From NCBI GenBank assembly GCA_963795685.1, contig CAWCJE010000004.1:45437-109436 (forward strand): a stretch of DNA of 64,000 nt, in the 5' to 3' direction. Made by a program: the position numbers and the translations under genes. This document shows positions 27,927 to 38,986 of this stretch, piece by piece. The stretch comes from an uncultured Gammaproteobacteria bacterium. GTDB taxonomy: Bacteria > Pseudomonadota > Gammaproteobacteria > Steroidobacterales > Steroidobacteraceae. Below the pieces are notes generated by a model. That model made no database searches. It saw only the letters and a list, made by a program, of their open reading frames with translations, and was not told the DNA's origin. The first letter of the stretch is position 1, and the number at the start of each line of letters is the position of its first letter.

Positions 27927-28895
27927 ATGAGCCCAAGTGCGTTGCGCGTCGCCCTGGTCGCAGTTGTGTTGATCCTGCCTGCGGCCTGCTCCCGCGATTC
28001 CCACGTGCCCGCCGTCGGCACCATCGAACGCCACCGATTTGAGATCGCCGCCACCGCCACCGAGCAGATCCTCACGATGCCTGTGCGGGAGGGGCAACAG
28101 GTCAAGCAAGGTGATGTGGTCGCGCAGCTGGACGGCGGTTCGCTGGCGGCAAACCGAGCCAGCGTCGCCGCTCAGGCCAGCCAGCTCCAGCACCGGCTCG
28201 ATGAGCTGGTGCACGGTGCGCGCAGCGAGGAACTCGCTCAGGCGCAGGCACAGGTGGCCGCGGCGCGCGCGCAGCGCGATCAGAGCGCGAAGGAATACGA
28301 TCGTCTCGCCACATTGCTTGCGCGCGGACTCGCCGCCCAGGCGCAGGTCGATGAACAGCAACAGCTGCGCGACAGCACTGCGGCGGCGCTCCGTTCAGCC
28401 GAAGCCGGACTGGCGCTGCTGCAGCACGGCACCCGTGCGGAACAGCTCGATCAGGCGCGCGCGGCGCTCCGTTCCGCGCAGTCCCTCCTGGAGCAACAGG
28501 ACGTGCTGCTGGACCGCCTGAAGCTCGTCGCGCCGGTCGATGGCGTGATCGAAGCGTTGCCGTTTCGCGCCGGCGAGCGCCCGCCGATCGGCGCGCCGGT
28601 GGTGATCATGCTGGCCGGGGGCATGCCGTTCGCGCGTGTCTATGTGCCCGAGCCCCAGCGCGCACAGCTCCATCCGGGACAGGCGCTCAAGGTCCAAGTC
28701 GATGGTATCGCGCAACCCTTTACCGGCACCTTGCGCTACATCGCGGGCGAGGCGAGTTTCACGCCGTACTTCGCTCTCACCCAGCGCGATCGCAGTCGAC
28801 TGGCATTTCTTGCCGAGATCGACCTTCCCGAGCAGTCGGCCCGTGATTTGCCGGCCGGCGTCCCGGCCGAGGTGCTGCTGGACCGGGCGCCGTGA
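27927..28895 (+). CDS. HlyD-family membrane fusion protein (YbhG-like)
   Basis: Signal/lipobox-like LILPAACS. Barrel-sandwich segment PVREGQQVKQGDVVAQLD and long coiled-coil Q/A/L-rich region. Its stop overlaps the ABC ATPase start. Confidence 0.8.
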   Translation: MSPSALRVALVAVVLILPAACSRDSHVPAVGTIERHRFEIAATATEQILTMPVREGQQVKQGDVVAQLDGGSLAANRASVAAQASQLQHRLDELVHGARSEELAQAQAQVAAARAQRDQSAKEYDRLATLLARGLAAQAQVDEQQQLRDSTAAALRSAEAGLALLQHGTRAEQLDQARAALRSAQSLLEQQDVLLDRLKLVAPVDGVIEALPFRAGERPPIGAPVVIMLAGGMPFARVYVPEPQRAQLHPGQALKVQVDGIAQPFTGTLRYIAGEASFTPYFALTQRDRSRLAFLAEIDLPEQSARDLPAGVPAEVLLDRAP

Positions 28896-29836
28896 ACGAG
28901 GGGGCCATCGCCGTCGAAGCGCACGGGTTGAGCCGGCGATTCGGTAACGTGATGGCGGTCGATGGCGCGGAGCTCTCGATTCCGCGCGGGCGCATCTATG
29001 GTTTTCTGGGCCCGAACGGCTCGGGCAAGTCGACCACCATCCGAATGCTCTGCGGGCTCATCAAACCCACCAGCGGCACGATCAGGGTGCTGGGGCTGGA
29101 CATTCCACGGCAAGCCGAGTCGCTCCGTACCCTGATTGGTTATATGACGCAGCGCTTTTCGCTTTGGGAGGACTTAAGCGCGCGCGAGAACCTCGAGTTC
29201 ATGGCGGACATTTATACCATTGACCCGCCGCTCGCCAAGCGCCGCATTGCGCAGGTCATCGAGGAGTATCGCCTCGGGGAATTTCTGGATCGCCCCGCCG
29301 GGACGCTCAGCGGTGGCCAGAAGCAGCGTTTGGGGCTGGCGGCCGCGACCCTGCACGAGCCTCCGTTGTTGTTGCTCGATGAACCGACCAGCGCCGTGGA
29401 CCCGCAGAGCCGCCGGGATTTCTGGGAGAGCCTGTTCGCGCTCACCGCCAAAGGCACGACCATCCTTGTGTCCACTCACTACATGGATGAGGCCGAGCGC
29501 TGCCACGGGCTGGCCATTCTCGACCGCGGCCGCATCGTGGCCGACGGCAGTCCCCAGCAGCTCATGGAAAAACTTCCGCTGCAAGTGATCGAGATCGAAG
29601 CCACCGATATTGCCGCCGCGCGATCGGCGCTGCACGAGCTCGGATCGCTCCGCTCGGTGGCGCAGCTCGGGTTGCGCCTCCACGCGCTCATCGCCCCCGA
29701 AGAGCCTGACGCGCTCGGGCGCGTGCAGCAGCTCCTTGCCGAGCGCAAGGTTTCGGCCGTGGTGCGCAAAGCCGAGGCCAGTCTTGAAGACGTGTTTGTC
29801 GGTGCAACTTTGGCCACATCGCAGAGCAAACAGTAG
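28892..29836 (+). CDS. ABC transporter ATP-binding protein (ABC-2 subfamily)
   Basis: Walker A GPNGSGKST, signature LSGGQKQR, Walker B LLLLDEPT. Confidence 0.9.
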   Translation: MNEGAIAVEAHGLSRRFGNVMAVDGAELSIPRGRIYGFLGPNGSGKSTTIRMLCGLIKPTSGTIRVLGLDIPRQAESLRTLIGYMTQRFSLWEDLSARENLEFMADIYTIDPPLAKRRIAQVIEEYRLGEFLDRPAGTLSGGQKQRLGLAAATLHEPPLLLLDEPTSAVDPQSRRDFWESLFALTAKGTTILVSTHYMDEAERCHGLAILDRGRIVADGSPQQLMEKLPLQVIEIEATDIAAARSALHELGSLRSVAQLGLRLHALIAPEEPDALGRVQQLLAERKVSAVVRKAEASLEDVFVGATLATSQSKQ

Positions 29837-30940
29837 ATGGTGCCGGCAACGCTGCGCCGAATACGCGCCATTTCCGTAAAGGAACTGCGGCAGATGGCCC
29901 GCGACCGCATGACGCTCGCCATGGTGATCGGCATTCCGCTGTTGCAGATGATGATCTTCGGGTATGGCATCAACTATGACGTGCGCCACATACGCACCGG
30001 CGTCGCAGACATGGCCAACACCTCGGGCTCGCGGGCGCTGGTCGCGGATATTGCATCGAGCCAGGTCGTCGATTTCGTGGCCAGAGCCCCTGGCGCCGAG
30101 CAGCTGCGGCGCATGATCGTCAGTGGGGAGGTGCATGCCGGGCTGTACATTCCGCCCGATTTCGAACGCCGCCGCATTGACGGCACGCGTCCCGTGGCGC
30201 AGGTGATCGTCGATGGCACGCGACCTGGGGTCGACACCGCGGTGCGCGCCATATCCGACACGCCGCTCCCGCCGCGGGAGGGCACGGGGCGCCGTCAGTC
30301 ACCCTCGATCGAGGTGCTGACCGAATTCAATCCCGAGAAGCGCACCGCCGTGCAGGTCGTTCCGGGCCTGATCGGCGTGATCTTGAGCATGACCATGGTC
30401 ATCTTCACGGCGATCGCGCTGGTGCGCGAGCGCGAGCGGGGCAATCTGGAGCTGCTGATCACGACTCCGGTGCGATCCGTCGAGCTCATGGTCGGTAAGC
30501 TCCTGCCTTACATCCTTGTCGGCCTGGTGCAAACCACCCTGGTGTTGGTGGCCGGTATAGTGCTCTTTACCGTTCCGATCGTCGGCAGCCTGCTGGACCT
30601 GTATCTGGGCGCCGGACTGTTCATCGCGGCCACTTTGGGTTTGGGACTGGTCATCTCCACGATCGCCTCGACCCAGTTTCAGGCCATGCAGCTGGGATTC
30701 TTTACGCTCCTGCCTTCCATACTGCTGTCAGGTTTCGCCTTCCCGTTCGAGGGCAGTCCCCGCTCGGTGCAGATCATTGCGCAGGCCTTGCCGTTGACCC
30801 ATTTCGTGGAAATCCTGCGCGGCGTGATCCTGCGCGGGGCAACGCTCGGGGCGCTGTGGCTTCCCGTGCTCAAGCTCAGCGTATTCCTGATCCTGGCCGT
30901 GGGGGTGGCTGCGGCACGATTTCACAAGCGCCTCGACTAG
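29837..30940 (+). CDS. ABC-2 type transporter permease (YbhS/YbhR-like)
   Basis: N-terminal KELRQMARDRMTLAMVIGIPLLQMMIFGY, a large extracytoplasmic loop, then five TM segments. Confidence 0.85.
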   Translation: MVPATLRRIRAISVKELRQMARDRMTLAMVIGIPLLQMMIFGYGINYDVRHIRTGVADMANTSGSRALVADIASSQVVDFVARAPGAEQLRRMIVSGEVHAGLYIPPDFERRRIDGTRPVAQVIVDGTRPGVDTAVRAISDTPLPPREGTGRRQSPSIEVLTEFNPEKRTAVQVVPGLIGVILSMTMVIFTAIALVRERERGNLELLITTPVRSVELMVGKLLPYILVGLVQTTLVLVAGIVLFTVPIVGSLLDLYLGAGLFIAATLGLGLVISTIASTQFQAMQLGFFTLLPSILLSGFAFPFEGSPRSVQIIAQALPLTHFVEILRGVILRGATLGALWLPVLKLSVFLILAVGVAAARFHKRLD

Positions 30941-31066
30941 CCTCGCTCCGGGGCCGGGGTGCCTCAGCTACGCACAGCGAATATCGCGGCTTGCCCGGAT
31001 CGCGGGCGGCCAGTACAGTGCTTTGGTTTCCGGCCTTTCGTTGTGCCCGGACAGAGTGCCCAGGCG

Positions 31067-33547
31067 ATGAGTTCCGCGGCTCCCAGTTCCTGGGTGGTCT
31101 ATAAGTTTGGTGGCTCGAGCGTGGCGAATGCGGATTGCTTCGCCCGGGTCGCGGCCATTGTCGAATCTCAATCCCGTCATCGGATTGCGCTCGTGCTGTC
31201 CGCCTGCAAGGGCGTCACCGACGGGCTGTTGCAACTGGTGAGCCTCGCCGAGCGTCAGGACGAGGCCTGGCGGGTGCAATTGCGGATCCTGCGCAAACGC
31301 CACGAGGAAATTGCCTCTGCACTCTTGCCGGCACCGAAGGTCGAGGAGTATCTGGGCGAGTTTGATCGGGACGGCGCGGACCTGGAAAGCGTGCTTCGTA
31401 CCACGCAAGTGATGCGTACGGCGAGTCAACATGTGCGCGACAAAGTCTCGGGCTACGGCGAGATCTGGTCTACGCGCTTGTTTTGGCGCTATCTGGAGCA
31501 GCGCGGCCATGACTCGGTCCAATGGATCGATGCGCGCGCCTGCCTGGTGGCCGAATGGGGTCCGCTGGGACCTGCCATCCAGTGGCAGGCCTCGGATGAT
31601 CGGCTGCGTGCAATGCTGGGGCCGGAGGCAATGACACTGGTCATCACCGGCTACATCGCCAGTGATGCTTCGGGCATCCAGACCACGCTCGGGCGCAACG
31701 GGAGCGATTTCTCCGCTTCGATCTTTGGCGCCTTGTTGAGTGCGACCGAAATTCATATTTGGACCGACGTGGACGGGGTGCTCTCGGCGGACCCGCGCCG
31801 CGTCCCGGATGCCCAGGTAATCACGGCACTCTCCTATAACGAGGCCATGGAACTCGCGTACTTCGGCGCCAAGGTCATCCATCCCCAGACTATGGCCCCC
31901 GCCGTCGGGCGTGATATTCCGATCTGGATCCGCAACACCTTTGCTCCCGAGAAATCCGGAACCCTGATCTGCGCCAAACCGCAATCGGACCAGCCGGTCA
32001 AAGGGATCACCAGCATCGAACACGTGGCGCTGGTCAATCTCGAGGGAGCCGGCATGATCGGCGTGCCCGGCACCGCTCACCGGCTGTTTGGCGCGCTGCG
32101 GGAAGAGGACATCTCGGTCATCCTGATCTCGCAGGCCAGTTCCGAACACTCGATCTGCTTCGCGGTACCCGCCTCCCAGGCGGCGCGGGCCACCGCTGTG
32201 CTGGAGCGGGCATTCGCGCGTGAGCTCAGTCAAGGGCAGGTGCAGAGTATTGATGTGACCGCGGAGCTCGCGATCCTCGCGGTGGTCGGTGATGGGATGG
32301 AAGGCATGCCCGGGGTCTCCGCCAAGGTCTTCAGTGCGCTGGGCCTCGCCAACGTGAACGTGCGCGCAATCGCGCAGGGCGCTTCCGAGCGCAATATATC
32401 GGTGGTCGTGGAGGGGCGGCACGCCACGCGCGCGCTGCGTGCGGTGCACGCGGGATTTTACCTGTCACCGCACACAGTTTCGATCGGCGTGATCGGCCCG
32501 GGTTCGGTGGGCAAGGTGCTCCTTGATCAGCTCGGGAGCCAGCGCGAGCGGCTCGCGCGCCAGTTCAATATTGATCTGCGGGTGCGCGGCATCATGAGTT
32601 CGAAGACCATGAAGCTTGCCGATCCCAGCATTTCCCTGGACGGATGGCGTGAGCAGATCAGTCACGGCCAGGTGGCGGCCGACTACGAGCAGTTCTACGC
32701 CCATCTCAAGGCCGCTCACGTGCCCCACACGGCAATCATCGATTGCAGCGCAAGCCAGGAGGTGGCCAATCGTTACCACGAGTGGCTTGCTGCGGGTGTG
32801 CACGTCATCACGCCCAACAAGAAAGCCAACAGCGGACCGCTCCCGTACTACCGTTCGCTCGAGCAGGCCCGGCGCGCCAGTGGCGCGCACTATCTGTACC
32901 ACGCCACCGTGGGGGCGGGGCTGCCGGTAATACATACGCTGCGCGATCTGCGCGAGACCGGGGACGAAATCATCAGCATCGAGGGCATCTTTTCAGGAAC
33001 CCTCGCTTACCTGTTCAATGTCTATGCGGGCACCACGCCGTTCTCGGCCATTGTGAGCGACGCACGGCAGCGCGGATACACGGAGCCCGATCCGCGTGAT
33101 GATCTTTCGGGGACCGATGTGGCCCGCAAGCTCACGATCCTGGGACGCGAGATGGGGCTGGCTCTCGAATTGAATGACGTGCGTGTGGAGAGCCTTGTGC
33201 CCGAAGCCCTGGTGAAAGTGAGCATCGCGGAGTTTCTCGCACAGCTCCCGCGCTACGATGCGCGGATGGCGGAACGTTTCCAGACCGCGCGCTCGCGCGG
33301 CCAAGTCCTGCGTTACGTGGGCCGGCTCACGGCCTCAGGCGAAGCCACCGTGCGTCTCGAAGAACTCGATGCGAAGCACGCGTTTGCCAACATCGCGCTG
33401 ACTGACAACGTCGTCCGGTATGTCACTTCACGTTACTGCGATAACCCATTGATAATACAAGGACCTGGAGCCGGACCCGCCGTCACGGCTGGAGGAGTAT
33501 TCGCCGACCTGCTGCGCACGGCCACCTTCCTCGGGGCGCGATTGTGA
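31067..33547 (+). CDS. thrA: bifunctional aspartokinase / homoserine dehydrogenase
   Basis: VYKFGGSSVANADCF kinase N-terminus, ACT region, and a C-terminal homoserine dehydrogenase (GVIGPGSVGK ... GAGLPVI). Start taken at MSSAAPSSW. Confidence 0.9.
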   Translation: MSSAAPSSWVVYKFGGSSVANADCFARVAAIVESQSRHRIALVLSACKGVTDGLLQLVSLAERQDEAWRVQLRILRKRHEEIASALLPAPKVEEYLGEFDRDGADLESVLRTTQVMRTASQHVRDKVSGYGEIWSTRLFWRYLEQRGHDSVQWIDARACLVAEWGPLGPAIQWQASDDRLRAMLGPEAMTLVITGYIASDASGIQTTLGRNGSDFSASIFGALLSATEIHIWTDVDGVLSADPRRVPDAQVITALSYNEAMELAYFGAKVIHPQTMAPAVGRDIPIWIRNTFAPEKSGTLICAKPQSDQPVKGITSIEHVALVNLEGAGMIGVPGTAHRLFGALREEDISVILISQASSEHSICFAVPASQAARATAVLERAFARELSQGQVQSIDVTAELAILAVVGDGMEGMPGVSAKVFSALGLANVNVRAIAQGASERNISVVVEGRHATRALRAVHAGFYLSPHTVSIGVIGPGSVGKVLLDQLGSQRERLARQFNIDLRVRGIMSSKTMKLADPSISLDGWREQISHGQVAADYEQFYAHLKAAHVPHTAIIDCSASQEVANRYHEWLAAGVHVITPNKKANSGPLPYYRSLEQARRASGAHYLYHATVGAGLPVIHTLRDLRETGDEIISIEGIFSGTLAYLFNVYAGTTPFSAIVSDARQRGYTEPDPRDDLSGTDVARKLTILGREMGLALELNDVRVESLVPEALVKVSIAEFLAQLPRYDARMAERFQTARSRGQVLRYVGRLTASGEATVRLEELDAKHAFANIALTDNVVRYVTSRYCDNPLIIQGPGAGPAVTAGGVFADLLRTATFLGARL

Positions 33548-34491
33548 GCGCGGAGACGGATCGGCCCGTGGCCGCCAGCGCCTTTGCTCCCGCCTCGGTC
33601 GGCAATGTCGCCATTGGCTTTGACATCATGGGATTTTCCGTCGATGCGCTGGGCGATCGCGCCACTGTCCGGCGTACCCAGGAGCCGGGCATCACCATCT
33701 CAGCCATTCGTGGCGCGGTCGCCGATTTGCCGATGGAGGCGGCCCGAAATACCGCGGGCCGCGCGCTTCAGGCGATGCACGAGTCGCTTTCCTTGCCGTT
33801 CGGCCTGGAGCTCGAGCTGGACAAGGGCATTCCCCTGGCCTCGGGACTGGGCGGTTCGGCGGCCTCGGCCGTGGCGGCCGTGGTGGCTGCGAATGCGCTG
33901 CTGGCCAAGCCTTGCACTCTGGTGGAGTTGCTGAAATTTGCCATGCAGGGCGAGAAGGTGGCCAGCGGCTCATTGCACGTGGACAACATCGCCGCCTCGC
34001 TGTTTGGCGGCCTGGTGTTGACGGTGGGCATCGATCATCCGCGCGTCAAGCAGATACCGGTCCCTGCGTCCATCCGCGCGGTCGTTGTCCATCCACACAT
34101 GTTCCTGTCAACGCGCAGTGCCCGCTCCATATTGAAGGGGAGCGTGCCCATGAAGGATTTCGTGTGGCAGACCGCCAATCTTGCCGGCTTTATTTCCGGC
34201 TGTTACACCAACGACCTTGACCTGCTGCGCGAGTCCTTTGAGGACGTGGTCATCGAGCCGCAACGCGCGGCGTTGATCCCGGGTTTTAATGAGGTTCGAC
34301 GTGCGGCCATGTCGGCCGGTGCCTTGGGTTGCTCGATCTCGGGAGCCGGACCCACCGTATTCGCCTGGTGTCTGGAAAACCACGCCTTTGCGGTACGCGA
34401 GGCCATGGTGGTGGAATTCTCGCGCCACAAGCTCCAGTGCGATCACTGGACCACGACGGTGCAGCCCAGTGGCGCGCGGGTGCTGCGATGA
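33544..34491 (+). CDS. thrB: homoserine kinase
   Basis: FAPASVGNVAIGFDIMG and the GHMP motif GLGGSAASAVAAVVA. It overlaps thrA and thrC (ATGA). Confidence 0.9.
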   Translation: MSAETDRPVAASAFAPASVGNVAIGFDIMGFSVDALGDRATVRRTQEPGITISAIRGAVADLPMEAARNTAGRALQAMHESLSLPFGLELELDKGIPLASGLGGSAASAVAAVVAANALLAKPCTLVELLKFAMQGEKVASGSLHVDNIAASLFGGLVLTVGIDHPRVKQIPVPASIRAVVVHPHMFLSTRSARSILKGSVPMKDFVWQTANLAGFISGCYTNDLDLLRESFEDVVIEPQRAALIPGFNEVRRAAMSAGALGCSISGAGPTVFAWCLENHAFAVREAMVVEFSRHKLQCDHWTTTVQPSGARVLR

Positions 34492-35787
34492 TGCAGTTCG
34501 TGAGCACGCGCGATACTTGCGAGCGCGCCGGATTCAGCGAAGCGCTGAGCCACGGCCTGGCCAAAGGCGGGGGGTTGTATGTTCCGCTGGAGTGGCCCGC
34601 CTCGGCAGTGCAGTCACTGCATGCCGGCGAATCCCTCGCGCAGCTGGCGGAGAAATTCATCGCGCCGTTTGCCGAAGGAGACCCGCTGGCCGCCGAGCTT
34701 CCGGCGATCACCGCACAGGCCTTCAATTTTCCGGCGCCACTGGTGCCGCTGGATCTGGATCGGCTGAGTGTGCTTGAACTGTTTCATGGACCCACGGCCG
34801 CGTTCAAGGATTTCGGCGCACGCTTTCTGGCGGCGGCACTTCCGCGCCTTCGCCGCGGGAATGCTCGGGCGCTGAAGATCCTGGTGGCCACCTCGGGCGA
34901 TACGGGAGGTGCCGTTGCGGCCGCATTTCACCGCCAACCCGGCATCGAAGTGGTCGTTCTGTTTCCCAAGGGGCAGGTATCCCCGACGCAGCAGCAACAA
35001 CTGTGCTGCTGGGGAGACAACGTGCTGAGCCTCGCGGTGCGGGGCAGTTTTGATGACTGCCAGGCGCTCGTCAAACAGGCGTTCGGCGATGCCGAGACGC
35101 AAGCGCCGATGGGAGCTGTCCTCCGCGAACAGCATCAATCTCGGGCGGCTTCTCCCCCAGGCGGTGTATTACATCGCCGCGAGCCTGGAAATCAAGGCAC
35201 GAACCGGTGATGCCGCCTCGTTTATCGTGCCCAGCGGCAACCTTGGCAACGTCACGGCCTGCGTGTGGGCGCGCCACCTCGGCGCGCCCATTTCCGAAAT
35301 CGTGCTCGCGCACAACGCCAATCGCACCGTGCCGGACTTCCTGGAACACGGCGTGCTGCGCGCGCGTGCGAGCATTGCGACACTGGCCTCGGCGATGGAC
35401 GTCGGCAATCCCAGTAACTTGAGCGCCTGACCGCACATGTACCCCGACGTGAGCGCGCTGCGGGCGGCCGTAAGCGCGGTGTCGGTAGATGACCACGCGA
35501 TTCGTGCGCGAATCCGTGCGGACCACGAACACTACGGTGTGATTTGGTGCCCGCACACGGCTACGGCGGCTGAGGCGTGGGCGCGGCTGGAGTCGGAGCG
35601 TCGTCACCGGGGTCGATGGGTCTTGGTGGCCACGGCCCATCCGGCGAAATTTCGCGAGATCGTCGAACCGCTGATCGGGCGCCCGGTCCCCGTGCCCGAG
35701 AGCCTGGATCATTTATTCAAGCGCCCGGCGCACTTTACGGAAATTGACGCCACAATGCCCGCATTGCGCACGGCCTTGGAGGGGTGA
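34488..35787 (+). pseudogene. thrC: threonine synthase with one +1 frame break (~35097) and one in-frame TGA (35428-35430)
   Basis: FHGPTAAFKDFGARF (PLP-Lys motif) is in frame 0. SSANSINLGRLLPQ...MDVGNPSN is in frame 1. After the TGA the same frame continues to PAKFREIVEP... Confidence 0.85.
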
Positions 35788-35797
35788 GTAGGCATGA

Positions 35798-36316
35798 TTG
35801 ACCTGTCGCAGGATTGGCCGAGGAGCTGGAAAACTTAGAGCCCCGCACTCTCGCCTATGCGGGCGCCGCTCTGGCTGGGTGTTTTTGTTGCTGCTGTTTT
35901 GGCGCTGGTACCGACGGCGCCGCGCGCGTGCCGCGTTGCTGGCTGCCGTCACCGGGGGCGCCTTGGAATACCATCGCGACGTGCTGGTGCCCGACGGGCA
36001 GGGCGGGGTCATGCATATCGATTTCCTGCTACTGACCACGCGCGGCTGCGTTATCGTCGATATGCGCGACATCGCAGGCAATATTTTTGGTGGCGATCAG
36101 ATGACCGAGTGGACCGTAATGCACCGGGCGCAACGCTATACCTTTCCCAACCCACAGGCCGGTCTCTACGATCGAATCGCGGCGGTCCGGGCGCTCGCGG
36201 TCGATCTGCCGGTCGAAGGGCGAGTGGTGTTTTCTTCGCGCGGAAGCTTTCCCAAGGGGTTGCCGCGCTACGCGCTGATGCTGGACTCGATACGCTTCCG
36301 AGTATCCGGCGGCTGA
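35798..36316 (+). CDS. NERD-domain protein with N-terminal membrane anchor
   Basis: YHRDVLVPDGQGGVMHIDFLLLTTRGCVIVDMRDIAGNIFG is NERD-like. The N-terminus is ambiguous: ATG 35857 (MRAPLWLGVFVAAVLAL) would join this frame through another +1 break near 35905-35915. Confidence 0.5.
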   Translation: MTCRRIGRGAGKLRAPHSRLCGRRSGWVFLLLLFWRWYRRRRARAALLAAVTGGALEYHRDVLVPDGQGGVMHIDFLLLTTRGCVIVDMRDIAGNIFGGDQMTEWTVMHRAQRYTFPNPQAGLYDRIAAVRALAVDLPVEGRVVFSSRGSFPKGLPRYALMLDSIRFRVSGG

Positions 36317-36418
36317 GCGCGACCAGTCGGGCGTCATACCCGAATTATGGCGCACTGACTGGAGTCGGCTCAGCACGGCCTGCCGGCCCAGCAAGCTCAT
36401 GGAACCGAAGCCCGCGAT

Positions 36419-37216
36419 TTAATCGAGAACGTCCAGACCAAACAGGGCACGCGCTGCGGCGCTGGTGTGGGCGCATGCAGTGTTCGAGCGACTCCCCGCG
36501 CAGGCGAGCCACGGTCGCGGCAATGTGCGGCAGGAATGCCGGTTCGTTACGGCGCAGCGCCGGGCGTGGCCGAAGATCACGCGGCAGCAGATACGGCCCG
36601 TCAGTCTCGAGCAGCAGCCGCCCTTCGGGGATACGTGCGACCAGGGCCTGCAGCGGCTGGCCACGGCGCTCATCGCAAATCCATCCGGTGATGCCGATGT
36701 GAAGGCCCAGTTCCAGGTAGGTCATCAATTCGCTCTCCCCGCCGGTAAAGCAGTGCGCCACGCCCCGCAAGTCGCGGCCGTACTCACGCAGGGCAGCGGT
36801 GAAGTCCGCGTGCGCATCGCGCTGATGCAGAAACAGGGGCAGCTTGCACTCGGCTGCCAGCGCCAGCTGGCGCGAAAAGGCCAGGCGCTGCTCGTTCGGT
36901 GGCGAATAATTGCGGTAATAATCAAGCCCGCATTCTCCCGCCGCGACCACGCCGGCTTCGCGTAACAAGCGCCCTCAGGCGAGGCAGTTCCTGCTCCGTG
37001 AGCTCGCTTGCGTGGTGGGGATGCACTCCGGCGGTGGCAAACAGCCGCCCGGGATGGGAGCGGGCCAGATCGATGGCCGACTCACTCGAATCGAGGGTGG
37101 CCCCGGTCACCACGAGCTGCGTGACGCCCAGCGGCAAGGGCCCGATCGATGACCTCGCCCCGATCGGCATCGTAACTGGCGTGCGTGAGATTGATGCCGA
37201 TATCGATAAGGCCCAT
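36419..37216 (-). pseudogene. tatD: TatD-family metal-dependent hydrolase, reading frame broken about 3 times
   Basis: MGLIDIGINLTHASYDADRGEVIDRALAAG / VTQLVVTGATLDSSESAIDLARSHPGRLFATAGVHPHH / [11 protein letters not shown]...[10 protein letters not shown] / [13 protein letters not shown] lie in different frames. Breaks are near 37127, 36968 and 36483. Confidence 0.8.
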
Positions 37217-37274
37217 GGGCGCGGAAGTTTACACAGCGCGGCACGGGGCGCACCCCTGTTATGATGCGGACACC

Positions 37275-38062
37275 ATGATTTCTGCATCGTTGCAGCAATT
37301 GCCGCTCTGGGACGAAGGCACCGCCGATGCGGGTTGGCAGGTGAGGCGCAGTCGCCGGGCGCGACGCCCGAGCGTGAGGGTTTTCCGGGACGGGGCGGTG
37401 GAAATCGTAGTCCCCGAGCGACTCGCGGCCCAGCAGATCGCAAGCTTCGTCGCGCGGCATCGTGTCTGGATTGAACGTCATCGCTGCGCGCCGCCGGCGG
37501 ACCTGGCCTTTCCGCCTTCGTGCCTCGAGTTGCGCGCATTGGGCGAAACCTGGCAATGCCGGGCTGGGACACGTGGTCCGAGGATTCTGGCCCGGGCGAA
37601 GGGGGTCTGGTTCGTGCGCATGCGGAAGGCGGAATCCTCGAGTTGCAAGTCTCCGCCGGCATGGAAAAGCTCCGCACAGCGCTGCTGGACTGGCTGGCCG
37701 AGCGTGCCCGCGCCACTCTTGAACCGCGATTGAACGCGCTGGCCGTCGAACTGGGTGTCAATTACCGGCGCGCGCAGATTCGGCGACAGCGAACGCGCTG
37801 GGGGAGCTGCTCGGTGCGCGGGACGGTCAGTCTTAATTTTTGCCTGCTGTTCCAGCGGCCCGCCGTGCTGCGCTACTTGCTGGCACATGAGCTCGCCCAT
37901 CTCACGCACATGAATCACACGCCACGCTTTTGGGAGTTGGTGGCCCAATACGAGCCGCAATGGCGCGAACTGGATCGTGAACTGCTGCAGGGATGGAAGC
38001 AGGTGCCGGCCTGGGTGCTGGTGGCCTTGCGATCGCGCGCCAGTCCCAGGAATGACTCGTGA
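37275..38062 (+). pseudogene. YgjP/DUF45 (SprT/WLM-like) metal-dependent hydrolase, frame broken at ~37560-37620
   Basis: The N-terminal part is in ORF 37185..37733. The C-terminal part, with the zinc motif LLAHELAHLTHMNHTPRFW, is in ORF 37520..38062. Confidence 0.7.
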
Positions 38063-38926
38063 GCAACGGGCCGCCTCCTGCAGAGGACCACATTGGCAGC
38101 GTCGAGCTGCGCGATGAGTCGGTGCACTGGAACTAGGCGATTCGCAATCCTACGGCGAATACCTGCATCTCGATCAGCTGCTGAGTGCGCAACGGCCATT
38201 GACGGCCGAGCACGGCGAGATGTTGTTCATCATCGTGCACCAGGTGTCCGAGCTGTGGATGCGACTTCTGCGCCATGAACTGGCGGGCATCATGCAGTGC
38301 GTGCGGCGCGATGAACTTGAGCCGTCGTTTAAGATGTTCAACCGCATCGCGCGGATTCAGGCGCAGTTGCTGGCGGTCTGGGAAGTGCTCTCGACCATGA
38401 CGCCCTTTGACTATTCGGCATTTCGAAACGCCCTGGGCCGCTCGTCCGGATTTCAATCACAGCAATATCGTTTGCTGGAATTTGTTTTGGGCAACAAGAA
38501 TGCCGGCCATGATCGAAGTGCATCAGAACGACCCCAAAGTCTACGCTGAGTTTAAGCGCGCACTGGAGGCGCCCAGCCTTTACGATGAGGTGCTCCGGTT
38601 GCTATCGCGCCGCGGGTACGGTGTGCCCGCTGAAATTCTGGAGCGAGATTTGACGCAACCCTATGAGGCCAGCAAGCAGGTTACGGGCGTGTGGCTGGGC
38701 GTGTACCACAATGCCGAAAAGGACTGGGATCTGTACGAGCTGGCCGAGCAATTGGTGGATCTGGATTATCGGTTCCAGCTTTGGCGCTTCCAGCATATGA
38801 AGACTGTCGAGCGCATCATCGGTTACAAGCCCGGGACGGGCGGCACCGCCGGGGTTTCCTATCTCGCCAAGGCGCTTGCGGCTCAGGCTGTTCCCCGAAC
38901 TTTGGGAAGCGCGAACTTCGATGTGA
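38059..38926 (+). pseudogene. kynA: tryptophan 2,3-dioxygenase, frame broken about 3 times
   Basis: SYGEYLHLDQLLSAQRPLTAEHGEMLFIIVHQVSELW, SSGFQSQQYRLLEFVLGNKNA, FQLWRFQHMKTVERIIGYKPGTGG and the terminal FPELWEARTSM are split over frames. Breaks are near 38131, 38505 and 38888. Confidence 0.8.
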
Positions 38927-38986
38927 CGCGAATTGCCGCCGGCTCGGGTCCGTCGGTCACTGCGCTCGTTCCAACAAAGCCCAGCC

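Noticed and set aside
30941-31066. A possible thr operon leader peptide or attenuator upstream of thrA.
   Set aside because: There is no short ORF with a run of Thr/Ile codons and no convincing terminator/antiterminator pair. Only a 5-bp GCCCG/CGGGC stem is present.
35428-35430. The in-frame TGA in thrC as selenocysteine or programmed readthrough.
   Set aside because: Threonine synthase is not a selenoprotein. I saw no SECIS-like hairpin immediately downstream, and the site lies inside a block full of other lesions.
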